Shown here: piece by piece, positions 12,169 through 24,680 of the stretch
Position numbering within the stretch: position 1 is the first letter of the stretch
Layout: each line of letters begins with the position of its first letter
Assembly: GCF_000143415.4 (NCBI RefSeq)
Contig: NW_003314289.1
Span: 566,292-630,291, forward strand
Direction: 5' to 3'
DNA: 64,000 nt
Source of the DNA: Selaginella moellendorffii
Taxonomy: Eukaryota; Plantae; Lycopodiophyta
The notes under the pieces: model-generated
Seen by the model: only the letters and a program-made list of their open reading frames with translations
Databases searched by the model: none
Told to the model about the DNA's origin: nothing
Made by a program: the position numbers and the translations under genes

Positions 12169-14244
12169 TTAGAAGCTCCCTTCGGCTGTAGCATTCTCGT
12201 CTTCGTTAGATTCTTCTCTCGCGAATTCCTCTAGAAGTTGCCGCTGCCTATCACTCACGGTTCTGGAGAATCAAGAGAAACAAGATCAATCGCAAAGAAC
12301 ACTCGCAAGAACGAGAAAGAAAATCATACGTTGGGATGTTGACGCGGAAGTGCACGTATTGGTCGCCATAAGCGTGTCGTTGCGTGACTTTGATACCTGA
12401 GGAAGACGAGGAAGTTAAAAGGAAGCTCAACTCTCAAAAGTACCTTTTCCACGCATCACTTGTTTCTGACCGGGTTGAGTACCAGGCTTGACCTGTGTTC
12501 GCAAAACCAAGATCAAAATCCATTTCCTTAAAAAGTATAGCCTACCTTCAGCATGACTGATCCTGTCAGTGTTGGCACTTCAATGGTTCCACCCAGAACA
12601 GCCTTGAAAACATTTCGAGTTATCAGAAAAGAAAGGAAAACTAAAGAAAAACGATCTACCTGAACCAAAGTGATCGGAACATCAACGTGGACGTCAGCGC
12701 CTTCTCTCCGGAAAACTGGATCGGGCTTAACCTGCATCAAAAGAACTCGACAAGTTAAACAATAACTCTGCGAGCGACCGAGGATTCATACCTCTACTTT
12801 GACTATGAGATCTCCGGCTCGTTGTCCCCGAGAACCACTTCCTCCCTCGCCAGATATCTTCAAGTTCATTCCACTTTCAATACCGGCGGGAATCTCCACA
12901 TCAACTTCTTTGACACCCATCACTGTGCCAGACCCTTGACAGGCCTTGCAATGCTCCTGCGATTTACCAAAAGCTTTAGATCGTTCTTCATGCTAATATC
13001 CACGTACCTTGACAAACTGGCCGCTTCCTCCGCATGCTGTGCAACTGGACTCCACGGAAAAGAATCCTTTTTGCATGAATATCTGGACAGAGAATCGTCA
13101 TATTTGACAGAACACGAAGAGGAAAAAATCCTACCCTCCCAGCTCCCCTGCACGACTTACAAGTCTGCGGCTTTACTCCGCTTGGAACGCCAGCACCCTC
13201 TGCCAACACAAGTAATATCAAACTAACATCTACAGGGACGAAAACTGGAAAAGACTTACTGCACTTTTCGCATCGTACTTGAGTTCGATATGTGACTTTG
13301 GTTGTGCAGCCATTTACCGCTTCCATGAAAGAAATTTGTACATTCACCTGTACAGTAGTTAAGGTCAAATTTAAACCTTGAGAACGAGGAATCACACTTA
13401 CGTTTGTGTTCTTCGGTCCTTTCCCACCGAACATCGAATTTAAAATCTGCGAAGGAAAAATTCACACCTTAAGTTCATTCATTAGAAATTCTGCGCTTAC
13501 ATCCTCCATGTTTGGACCACCACCGGGGCCATTGAAGATGTCCTCAAATATCGAGCTGAAACCCGGACCAGGCCCAGGCGGTACTCCATCTGCTCGCTCG
13601 ACATAAGCGTGATGTCCCACCTGATAAAAACACAGTCTAAAACTCCTTTCAATCCAATTAATTCTTACTTGATCATAAATACTCCGCTTTTGATCGTCTT
13701 TCAAAACTTCATATGCCTGCTGGATTTCCTGGAACTTCTTATCAGCCTCAGGATCGTCCTTGTTCATATCAGGATGGTGTTTCTTGGCAAGCTGCGAAGA
13801 AAGAAGATCAAAACTATACAAAAAATCACCCTTTGCATACCGCATAATAGGCTTTCTTGATATCTGACGCACTAGCTGTCTTTGACACCCCGAGTGTATC
13901 GTAAAAATCGTTCCTTGGAGCTGTCAGCAGCAGTACACTGAGAAAACATCCATGAAAGAGCCAAATACCTGTGGAATGGAAGCCTCTAGCACTCGATGTG
14001 TAAAAAGCCCCTCTTCCAACATTGCTATGCGCAAAACCACTATAACAATGTCTCGAACCATGCGAATATATATTCTGCTGTGAAACCTCTCCAGATGAGA
14101 TCGCTGAGAACTAAAATTTTCGCAAATTCTGACCTGAGTCGCCGAGCTCCGGATGTTCCCGCCCTCCCACAGGCCACAGCGGCTCAATACAGCCCTCACA
14201 GCGCGTCGCCCTGCTGCTCCAGAGATGATCCGATGATGCACCAT
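12169..14244 (-). CDS. Type I DnaJ/Hsp40 chaperone, GFA2-like (copy 2, tandem paralog)
   Basis: MVHHRII start parallels copy 1 (MVHHKII); [35 protein letters not shown]; ends ENATAEGSF*. Confidence 0.92.
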
Positions 14245-14408
14245 AGCGCATTCGCGAATGCCGGAAGAAATCCCAGCCCGGCCAGCTGCTGCGAAGCGTG
14301 CCCGCGCCGCGGAGCGCTCTCGTCACGAAGCGCCCTAACCCTAATCCTCTGGAGTATATTCGTTCGCATCAAAGGGTTTAAGGCCCAAGATTTAGGAGAC
14401 ACATGGCG

Positions 14409-16148
14409 TTATATTACTCGCAGAAGGCAATTTGTTAAATATGAGCCCTCTGGATACGCCAGATCAATCGGGTGGTCTGGTCCAGCTCCAGAAACACGAA
14501 GCAATGCGGCTTTTCTTCCAGCGGCTCTCGCAGCCTCCTGGAAACCAAAGAAGATTTTTCAAACTCTCTAGGCCTAGAACAAAATGAAGAGGAATGGATC
14601 ACCTGGATGATCGATAAGAAGTTCTGGCTTTGTGCCACAGCGCCAGAGCACGAGCAAGTCATTAGCAATCCACCAGGTTTGGTTAATTGCATCGCCATTG
14701 CGTTTAGGTTGCGGTATTTGATCGCAGCTTTCTCGAGAAACTGGAAAGAGAAGTAGTGAGCCTTCTGTCAGTGGCCAGAAAAGAAAATTTAAGAGAAACC
14801 TTGCGGCTCGGTGCCAGCTTTGGAGGATCAAGCACAACCACGTCCCAGGTTTCTCCTTTTGACAGCGCGGCTTTCATGTACTGAACAATGTCCGCCTTCT
14901 CAAACGTAATCACTTGTGGATCTATGTTGTTGAGAGAGATGTTTGCGTCCGCAAGGTCTATAGCAGACTTCGAGGAGTCAATGCCTGCACGGATGAAGAT
15001 TATGAATCACGAAGGCAGACTACAAGATTATAAAGTTACCAATGACTCGAGAAGCTCCTGTGATGGCTGCGTTGAGCGCAAAGGCACCAGTGTAGCAGCA
15101 AAGATCCAAAATAGTTTTATCTTTGCAAAAGGACCTGAGTGCCAGCCGATTATCTCGCTGATCGACGTAAAATCCAGTCTTTTGTCCCCCCAAAGAGACT
15201 TGATAAGCAATACCATTTTCAAGCACCTGGCAGCACAAGCTCGTATCACTGAAAAATCCGTCACTAAATCCCTCAATAAACAAATGAATAAGAGAACTTA
15301 CGTGAACTTCTTCGGGGCTTTCTTCTGATTCAATCACGCATTCGAAGCCTTCTTCCTTCAGCAGCTCCACAGATGGCCTCCAAGTCAGAAGTTTCGTCCC
15401 GACTAATCTCTTGAGAGTTTCCTCTATGTTCGTCTTGTATTTTTCAACCCACGCAGCAGACGATGCCACAACTATATGGTTGTCAAAGACATCCACCACA
15501 AGTCCCGAAAGCCTGGAATAAAAGAGCAGCTCAATACAAATGTAACAAAGAAAGAAAGCTCGACACATACTTGCCTATCACCCTCACTGTTGACAAGCCG
15601 ATAAACATTTGTTTCACCGGAAGGAAGGCCCAAAGCTTTTCGAAGCGCAAGAGCTCCAGACAATCTAGTCTCGATAAGCTTCTCAATATCAAAGTTGGAG
15701 TGTGGATCTCTGGAGAAAAGAAAGTAGCATACCATGAGAACAAATTCTTTCCTTCATAATTCTTTACCTTGCAGCTTCGTCTTGGGTTTGTAACACACGA
15801 ACCCGAAACATAGAGACCGCATTGTAGACTCCCCAAGCGATAGGCTCTTCGGCGCCATTCGTGACAAGCACGAGATCCCCCGTCTTGGGAGGAGGCCGAC
15901 CGATAATCCGATCGATGGCGCCGCTAAACACCATGGGATTGCCAGTGACGAAGATCTGCGCCTTGCCCTTCTTCAAAACGACCCTAGCAACACCTGGCAT
16001 TGCATCCATTGCGATCAAAATGCCGCGAAATATCACAATCTCCGGAGAAATCCTTACCAGGATTCGAAGACGCTACTTCCGCCAGGCGCTTGCTTCCAGC
16101 GGCGGAGCTTGCAGCCCATCGCGCCACCAGAGGCGCCAAACACGACAT
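14409..16148 (-). CDS. rlmI: PUA-domain SAM-dependent RNA methyltransferase, RlmI (m5C1962)-like
   Basis: [84 protein letters not shown]. Confidence 0.88.
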
Positions 16149-16244
16149 GAAAAAGGAAGAACCCTAAGCCTCCGTACAACGGCTTTAGATATTTGAAAAT
16201 AGGGCTTGTTTACCACAAAAGTTTTAGGTCGAACTACCAGAGCG
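16149..16244. promoter_or_regulatory. Very short bidirectional promoter between the RlmI-like and DHU1-like genes
   Basis: 96 bp between divergent ATGs; telo-box-like AACCCTAA at ~16159. Confidence 0.5.
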
Positions 16245-18990
16245 ATGGGGATGGACGGGCGCCTAGACCTTCTTCCAATGTAAGCTCTTGTGAGATATTT
16301 GGGAAAATCTGTGCATCGCTCGCTTTTCCAGGTATGCGGCAATGTGCAAGCGCCACAAAATCGATCAAAACCCGGCGATCGTCAGAGCTCTCCAGAAGGT
16401 ACTCCTAGGTTCTTATCTCCTAGCCGGGCAATCTCACTCGATCGGGATTCCAGCAATTCGCCGCGGGCGGCGACGAGCTGGAGCTCGAGGTAGGCGACGA
16501 CGTGGGAGAGATCGAGGTTTGCTGCGTCAGGGATTTTCTCAAGCTAGATTTATGGTCGGCGTTGGATTTAAAGATCACAGGCGACTGCTCGAAGAGCTGG
16601 AAGAATAACACGCTTGTAAGTTTCTTGACGGCGTCCAAGGACAGGCTTCGTCATGTAGATCTCAGCGCATGTACCTATCGAAGAGAATTCGTAAGGTCAG
16701 TACTTTTGTTCTTCGTTCCTTGCATTTGTTTCACACTTTCCTTTCAGGTTTCTCTATAGAGTTGGTTTATCCTGCGAGACTCTAAAGCTTGGCCTATGCA
16801 GCGCGCCTACATGGAAGTTTAACCTCGCCGGTGAGTTTCATCGCTTGGAAGTTCTCATAGTGGATCACAGCCGAAGTATCACCCTCTTGTCAAGCACTTG
16901 CTTCGAGGGCATGCCAAAGCTAGCGAAGCTTTCAATGTGTGGCACGGGCATCGTCAACCTTTGGACAACATGTCGTGCTCTTTCCAAGCTGCCGAGCCTC
17001 CGAGAGCTTCGCTTCCAGCGCTGCGTGTGTTGCGAAGGGACTGGCCACTGTATTGCTCCGCCGCCCGACGATTGTGAGGGGAAAAACATTTCAGCCGGGA
17101 GTTCTGGTGATGACCAAGAAGTTGAGAAAATGGAGATTTTTCAGAAGGGGACGGATGAGAGTGACTACTGGGATAGTAGCGGCGATGAAGAAGAGGAAGA
17201 AGAAGAAGAAGAACAGGAAGAATATGATGAACTTGGAGAAGAAGAAGTTGTAGAAAGCGAGCTGGATACTGATCTGGACGAACAGTTCGTTTATCTCGAA
17301 ACTGTGGAACCCGAAGCTGGAAACGTTGCTGATGAACCACCAAAGGCCGAGGAGCGGCAACTAAGCTATCGTTTCCAGTCAACAATATGTCACGAGAAGT
17401 TCTACCGACAGTTTATGATATCGTCACTCCCGAAGCTTCAAGTACTGGATAATCTGGAGATCACACAGGAAAGCAGGAAAAAGGCATGGATAGTCTACTG
17501 CGACAACTTTGAGCGCTCGCCAAACACTCGGCGACGGCGAGAGGGCATTGTGGAGATACTTAAGAGCAGGGAGAGAGGCGGCGACCGGGGGCCTCACAAG
17601 AGGAGGAAAATAAACGAGACGAGAGCTCTGTCTACTTCCAAGCTGTGTGACTGGCCTGCTACAAGCGTCGTCTACAATCCTTGCAAGTCCAACGTGGATA
17701 TTAGCAGGAGACTTAAGCCGCGGCAATTTGAGTACCACCCCAAGGATCCAGCTCTTATGGTTCTCGGGACACTAAACGGAGAACTAGCTGTGGTAAATCA
17801 CGAGGAGGATAGACTGGTGGCTTATATTCAAGCTTCTGCAGTTCAGCACCGCGTGCTGGGATTATGCTGGTGGAACAACGAGCCTGACAAGGTACCCGTA
17901 TATTTCTCTTTTCTTCTTTCCAATTCTTTTTCTTTCGTTTGCAGTTTATAGCAGGTTCTGACAATGGTGTGTTGGAACTTTATAGCTTGTCTCGGATGCG
18001 AGCTGCGACTATGGCGTGCACATATATGTGCGGTTCAGTGCACAGATTTAACGACTTCGAGCAGCTCACCTCCGTTCATATCAATTCGCAAGACGAGCTC
18101 TTTCTCGCAAGTGGCTACAACAAGAATATTGGCCTCTACGATCTTCAAACCGCCAGGCTAGTCAAGGTATTTCCTGATCTTCACGAGGACCATATAAACG
18201 TCGTCAAGTTTGCGCATCACTCGCCCAAGACGTTCGCTACGTCCTCGTTTGACAAAACTGTGAAGATGTGGGACCTTAGAACGACGATGACTTCGCCAGT
18301 TTACTGTACTACCAGTCGATCCGGGAACGTCATGCTGTGTTTCTCTCACGACGACCATTTCGTTTTGGTTTCCGCGGTGGACAATGAGGTAACTTCCATC
18401 TCTTTTGAAGATCTTTACGATCCTGCATTACAGGTAAGACAGTACCTTGCTGCCGATGGAAGACTTCACACGAAGTTCGACATCACACTAGCAAATAGCA
18501 GGCGAAACTACACAAGATCATACTATATGAACGGCAGAGACTACATTATCACTGGCAGCTGCGAAGAAAACCGGATCGGAGTTTACAGTGCTCAAACTGG
18601 AAGGCGACTGAGAGATGTAACGCTGGAGGTAACTTCCCATTTATAGTTTCAAGGCTATAGCTAACTGTTTGTGCAGGGACGAGGTGTAAATAATTCCTTG
18701 TACGTGCAGTCACTGAGGGGTGATCCTTTTAGAGTAAGTCAAGTTCTTACGTCTACTCTTTAGATTCAAGTAGCTAAGATTGCCTCAAACAGGATTTTCA
18801 CATGTGTGTCCTTGCGGCTTACAATCACCCTCACCAGCGATCAGAGATTGTCAAGGTGAAGATACCTTCTTTCTTTCTCTACTCCTGACCCGGGTATCTT
18901 CACCAGATCAACATGGTCGCGTCAAGCAACTACGTCGGGCCTACAGATTCTCAGTCCTCGTTCACTGGCGGAAGCGTCAGCGGAGCATAA
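16245..18990 (+). CDS. DHU1: LRR + WD40 (DWD) protein, DHU1-like CUL4-DDB1 substrate receptor
   Basis: LRR segment (MPKLAKLSMCGT..LPSLRELRFQ), YRQFMISSLPKLQVLDN, KPRQFEYHPKDPALMVLGTLNGE, HINVVKFAHHSP..FATSSFDKTVKMWDLR, NYTRSYYMNGRDYII. Confidence 0.8.
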
Positions 18991-19026
18991 ATTCTTTCAA
19001 AAACAAGCCAGTCCTGGTTCCACTCG

Positions 19027-20311
19027 CTACTGCAAAGTGATTACTAGACGAGAGGAACTCGCTTGCAGCCGCTTCAAGTCATTGTACATCTGGGGATGCC
19101 GGGCCTCGAACAGCTCCATCAGATTCCACTCCTCACTGTCCTGGAGGAGACGCGAGCAATTCACAGTCAGGACCTTGAGCCCGGGGCAGTGGACGAGCAG
19201 AGCTTCCAGCAGCTCAAAGCATCCGTTCTCTTCGAGAAAAACCGTGGCCTTGACAAGCTTAAGTTTGGCCAAGACATCGCCATCAATCTCCTTACAGAAA
19301 CACTGCAGAAGGAAAGACAGTTTTACACTCAGAAGAAACCGAGCTTTTACGTACCTCGAGCATGTTGCCGCCGAAAGTGATGGTGTCCAGCCGCGAGAGG
19401 CCGTTAAAGAACGTTTTCCAAGCAACAGGCTCCGGGTCCGACACCGAGACATCGATCTTCACCTCGGAGATGTTGGGTACGAGCTCCACAATGCTGTGAA
19501 TCTCCTTAAACTCCCACTCACTTCCTCCCATTGTCAGGATCTCAACATTGTCGAGCGAAACCACGATCAAGTCCTTGCAGCGCGACGGCAAGTGTAACTC
19601 CCGGAGCTCTGGAGCGACAAGAACACAGCTGATCCCGTCCAGCGTGAGGCACTTGAGGTTCATGGTTTCCAGCATGATGAACGGCGGCCCAGTCTCGGGA
19701 CCCTCACGACGATCCACTGCCAAATGGACGCTGTTAACGTTGCTGTTCGTGAGCCTCACTTTGGCGGTCTGGAAGTTCTTGACGACCAGCTTGTCGAGAG
19801 CCGGGCAGTGATTTAGAACCGAGACCACGGCCGGGTGCTTGAAGCTGGAATCGTCGAGAACGCATTCACGGAGGGTGGTGAGATCGAAGTTTAGCATCGG
19901 GAGGAGGAACGCTATCGATCCATGGACTCGCAGGGCCGAGAGTTTTGAGCAGTTCTTCACCAGGTTCCAGAGATTAAGCTCCTTTGTGCTCACATACCAG
20001 AGCTCCAAGTCCTGTATGGAGTCTTTAACTATTTCTATCCAGCTTGAGAGGAGTTCTTCCGGAATGTCGCAGCCCTGGTGGATTTCTATGGCGAGATTCT
20101 TGATGGAGTGGGCGCGGCGGAGCATGGGAGCCACGGCATTGGCGTCGGATTGCTGGGCGAGCATGAAGTGGAGGGAATCGACGTACCTGGAGAGGGATTG
20201 CCAGCGGCGGCACACGGGCGCTAGGGTTGCGATGCTGCGCGCGTCCTTGAGATCGGCGAAGATGGAGAGGACGGCCTCTGCGGGGAGGGATTCGAAGCTC
20301 GCCTCCTCCAT
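19027..20311 (-). CDS. F-box/LRR (RNI-like) protein, two exons
   Basis: FESLPAEAVLSIFADL..LAPVCRRWQSL F-box followed by LRR-like repeats; intron at ~19305-19352. Confidence 0.85.
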
Positions 20312-20353
20312 TGCATTAGAAGCAGAGGAAACCTAAAACCTGGAAGAAATATC

Positions 20354-20410
20354 TCCACGTCGGGAGTGCCACGTGTAAATAATTCTTCCACGTATGCATG
20401 CCACGTGTTA
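20354..20410. promoter_or_regulatory. Cluster of four ACGT-core (G-box/ABRE-like) elements upstream of the F-box gene
   Basis: CCACGTCG, GCCACGTGT, CCACGTAT and GCCACGTGT within ~55 bp, with an RY-like TGCATG. Confidence 0.5.
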
Positions 20411-22361
20411 ACTACCTGTTTGTATTGGAGCCGGAGACGCATTGTTGCTGGGATCGCTCCAGCCATTATAAGCAGCTTGATAGCTTCCATTCTCCTCTCC
20501 CCATCTAGTGTATGATCTAATCGGTATTGGGAACATTTAGTTCTTCCTTGTTTTTTTTTTCTGTTTCTTCTGCCAAGAGTCATGTACAAAGATGGCGAGA
20601 CTTTGATGAGATCCTTGCTGACCGTCAAAGTTGCAGATATCCAAACCAACAATGCAGGAGGAAAATAAACAAAAGGTGAAATCAAATGATAAGCAAGAAT
20701 ATTAACACTAAACCTTAATTACTAGGAGAACATTTTAGATATATTCCTTACTTATAAGTTCTCAAATTAAAAGAATAAACATGGCAAACACTCCTGAAAT
20801 TGTAGCTTTTCTCTACTAACAGGCTGTGCTAAAACTGGAAGCTAGCACTCAAGATCAATACAAATTTATAATTTTTCTGGTACTTAAAAGTTGAGCATCT
20901 GCTCAAATGCTGCATCCACAAGAATTCAATAAATTCCATGTTCTACTATTGTCAATGGTAGATCATTAGACACTCTGTTCATTGTTCTATATCTTGGATA
21001 ATTCTTTGTAGATTCATTATTTCAATGGTTCTGTCAAAATAAACAAACCCGAAGGACAGCAGATGTGTTGTGGTTCCTCCAGCTTAAGTAATCTTGAAAT
21101 TGTCGACTGGATGTAGAAAGCCACCTTCAAACTTAACAATTAGAGAAAAAGAATACCATCTCTACTGGAATTGCTTGAAATTGTTTTTTGTCCAAATCCC
21201 CATGTGAACAAAGTCCATTGAACAATTCTTTATGTCCAAATTAAGCTAAAATTTTGGGATGTCCTAAACCCTAATATTGATTAGAAATTAGATATAATTT
21301 GTATTCATGATCATTAAAACTTGATTTTATAATAATTAGAAATGAAAAACAAATAATATAGATTTGTGAGTGCATAGAATATGAAAAAGAAATACAGAAA
21401 TGTGCATATTAATAAGCCCAAAAACCCTTATACAACCCAAATGTTCAAGAGACTTTATTTGGACAAGTGGAAAAATGCTTGTTAAATACTGATCCCAAAA
21501 TTTAGCATCAGCACCTCATGGTAATCGTGAAGGTAAACTCAACTCTGTTAGTAGTATTATATCATGACTATATAGGGTTTTATATCGCGAAACACTATTA
21601 AAACTTTGTACCTCTATTAAGTCGTCAGGCTCAATTCCAGGCAATATTAGCAATCAATTCAGACTTAACAAAGAGATAGCAAATAACCATTATAATCCAA
21701 ATGTTGAAAGTTCAAATACTTTATAATCATCCCTTTAAAGGTCTGAATACACTATTCCACTAATCCATCTATTTTTTTATAATAAATACTCGTGAAAGTG
21801 TGGCATATCCCTAGTCTCAAATATTAAAGCATGAAATGCCTCATTTATAAATACAAGACCATTATTTGAGAGAATTTGCTCCAAATAAGAATGTTAGAAC
21901 ACTTGTCAGAAATCCCCTAATTTTTGCCACATTCCTGACTCTCGCCAGATTTTTGACCTGCAGACCACATTCCTGACTCTCGAGACACTTCCCTATTCCT
22001 GACTCTCTGATTTCTTGTATGATTCCTGAGTCTCGAGCCACATTCCTAATGATGATGTGGCGCCTCCTCAACCTCAACTATATTTAGGTTGTCCTCGATC
22101 CAAGAGTGGTGGAGCTTTATTATTCTATAGTATATATAGGTTAGCCTTGTTCCATTTCTCCACAATCTGAATGAACGCCAGTTTAAGGCCTCTTTTTTGT
22201 TTCCACTAGCTTTTCTCTTTGTCTTTTGCATTTTCCAGTCTTGATCTTGTTGGGGGTCTTGACAGTTTGATTCAGATTGTGTTTTTTCGTTTTTTGCTTT
22301 AGCTCATCTTGATTGTTTGACTACCTTTGCCTTTTTTTCCCCTTTTTCTTTCTTCTTGCCG

Positions 22362-24238
22362 ATGGAATCTCCAAGCCATCCTAATTTCTTTGCCAAAGTC
22401 CTTGCAAAAATCCAGTCTGAGAATACCGAGTTGAAGGCGACCCTTCTTCACATGCAGCAGGAGCTTGCTTCACTTTCGGCTCAAGGATCCAGCAAAGTTC
22501 CAGAACCAAAGGTGAGTTTCCCGGCGAAATTTTCAGGCAAGCGTTCGGATCTTCGTGGATTCCTGAACCAGATGGAGCTGATCTTCGCACTTTAACATCG
22601 ACAGTACCCCACTCCCGAGTCTCAAATCAGCGCAATTGGGATGTTGCTCAAAGGTGCAGCTTTGTCATGGTTTTCTCCTTTTCTGGAGAAGAGCATGAAA
22701 GGGGTCGTGGTTCCGGAGTTGATGGATCTTCAATTGTTCAAAGAAAAGCTCGAAGCATGTTTTGGTGAGACTGATTGGGTTCGGGCTGCTACCACAAAGA
22801 TGAGACATCTCTCTTAGGGGTCTCGTCCTGCCTCAATCTATGCTACAGAGTTCCAACTCCTTGCCTTGGACACTCAGTGGGATGAGCAAGCCTTGATTGA
22901 CCAATTTTGTTTCGGCCTCAACAACGGTGTCAAGGATTTGTTGCTCACCATGGAGGATCCCAAGGACCTATCGGACGCCATCAACAAAGCTGTTCGATGT
23001 GACAATCGTCTCTTTGAACATCATCAGGAAAGTCGTCGCGCCGCTGTTTTTCCGTCCCAAACTCAGGAATCCCAGCTTGAGTCTTCGGGGCATACTCCTG
23101 AACCTACTGCTCCAGTCGCGATGGATATTTTTGGTACTCCCCAACTCATTAGAGGGAAGTTGAGTTCTGCTAAGAAGCAACGTCGAATATCTCATAATCT
23201 TTGCCTCTACTGTGCTGATCCTAATCACAAAGCAGCTTTGTGTCCCAAGAAGCCTCCCCGACTGCTCGAGTTCACTCTGCCTCAAAGTCCACCTCTGTTG
23301 CAGTCGGGAAATGACCTTGTCCAAACAAAGTAGGAGCTGTTCATTTGGACTCCCCAAATAAAAATCACTTTTCTTCTTTATCAAGCTCCTCACCACCTTT
23401 CATCAAAGGCACCACCAATTCCTGCAACTTCTGCATCCCATGTCTCCTTTCTTTCACCGGACAATCAGGACTCAAGGCTCTGGTGCTACTAGACTCGGGT
23501 GCAACTTCCTGCTTCATGGACATGGACTTTGCTACCTGACATCACATTCCTCTTTCTCCTACCATACAGGATCTGAGGGTTGAAGGTATTGGCGGGCATT
23601 TTGTGTCTCCATCTTCTGGAATTAGGGAAACATTGCCCATTCGAGTACACATCAGGTCCACCGTCACTGATATCACCTTCAACGTCATCAACAACAAGTC
23701 CTCCTCTGTGGTGCTCGGTGTTCCTTGGTTCCAACTACATCAGCCTCAGATTTGTTGGAAGGAGTTACAGCTCATCTCTCCCACATCACCATCTCCCACG
23801 GCTTCCCCTGCTATTCATCGAGTCCGAATCAGGAAAAGTTCCCTAAACTCAAATCGGGGTTTTATTCCTGACTCTACGAAGTTTTCACCCTCTTCTTTTT
23901 CCTCTCTTCCATCTTATACTAGACAGTATCCTCGTCTCATCATTCCATTTAGTCGCACGCCTCCTCCTATCTCCACAATCACTATGAAAGAACTCCTTCA
24001 TGAAGAACTTATTTTCCTTTTTGTTTTGCATGTTTCTCCTGTTAGTCTTCCTGAGAAGTATCATGATTTTGGGGATGTGTTTGACAAGAAAAATGCTAGT
24101 GTACTACCTGTTCATCGGCCTTATGACTGTCCCATTGATTTACAGGAAGGAGCGTCACCTCAGTGGGGGCTTATCTATGGGTTATCCCCATCCGACCTTA
24201 AGGCCCTCAAAGAGTACGTGGATGAGAACCTTGCCTCG
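22362..24238 (+). pseudogene. gag-protease-RT(N) of the host gypsy element
   Basis: Several in-frame stops (e.g. 22593, 23537); LPEKYHDFGDVFDKKNA..PIDLQEG..IYGLS. Confidence 0.85.
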
Positions 24239-24680
24239 AAGCTCTATTTCGTTAAAGTGGGAATTGTCATTATCCCACTTGTAAAATAAGGTTTCCAAAC
24301 CTTTATATAGTATATAAATATAACAAAATTCAACTGCATTGAGGCACATGCCATTTTATTTTAAACAAGGAAATGTCTACTCAATCACTTCTCCTCCCCC
24401 TGCCACTGCTTCACCTCTCTCTTCTCCTTGTCATCGTCGTCCAATTTCTTTCCATCCTTTTAATATTGGCTCAGTTGCTCCGAGTCTAGGTGGAGCCCAA
24501 GTCCCCATTCAATCTTTACTTTCCCATTATTAATAAAACAACTTCGTAGACTTCCAATAACATGCTGTAACACTTCTAGTATAATGCAAATCCTCTCAAA
24601 GAATTGTCTTTTAATATTAATACAATTGCATGGAACACCATGCCATAATAAGTTACATTTTTAAATAAATACATGCCATC

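Noticed and set aside
24235-24240. 2-bp (TC) TSD with 25-bp TIRs
   Set aside because: Formally compatible with the sequence, but the 4-bp CTCG reading fits the Sola-like transposase better; other copies would decide
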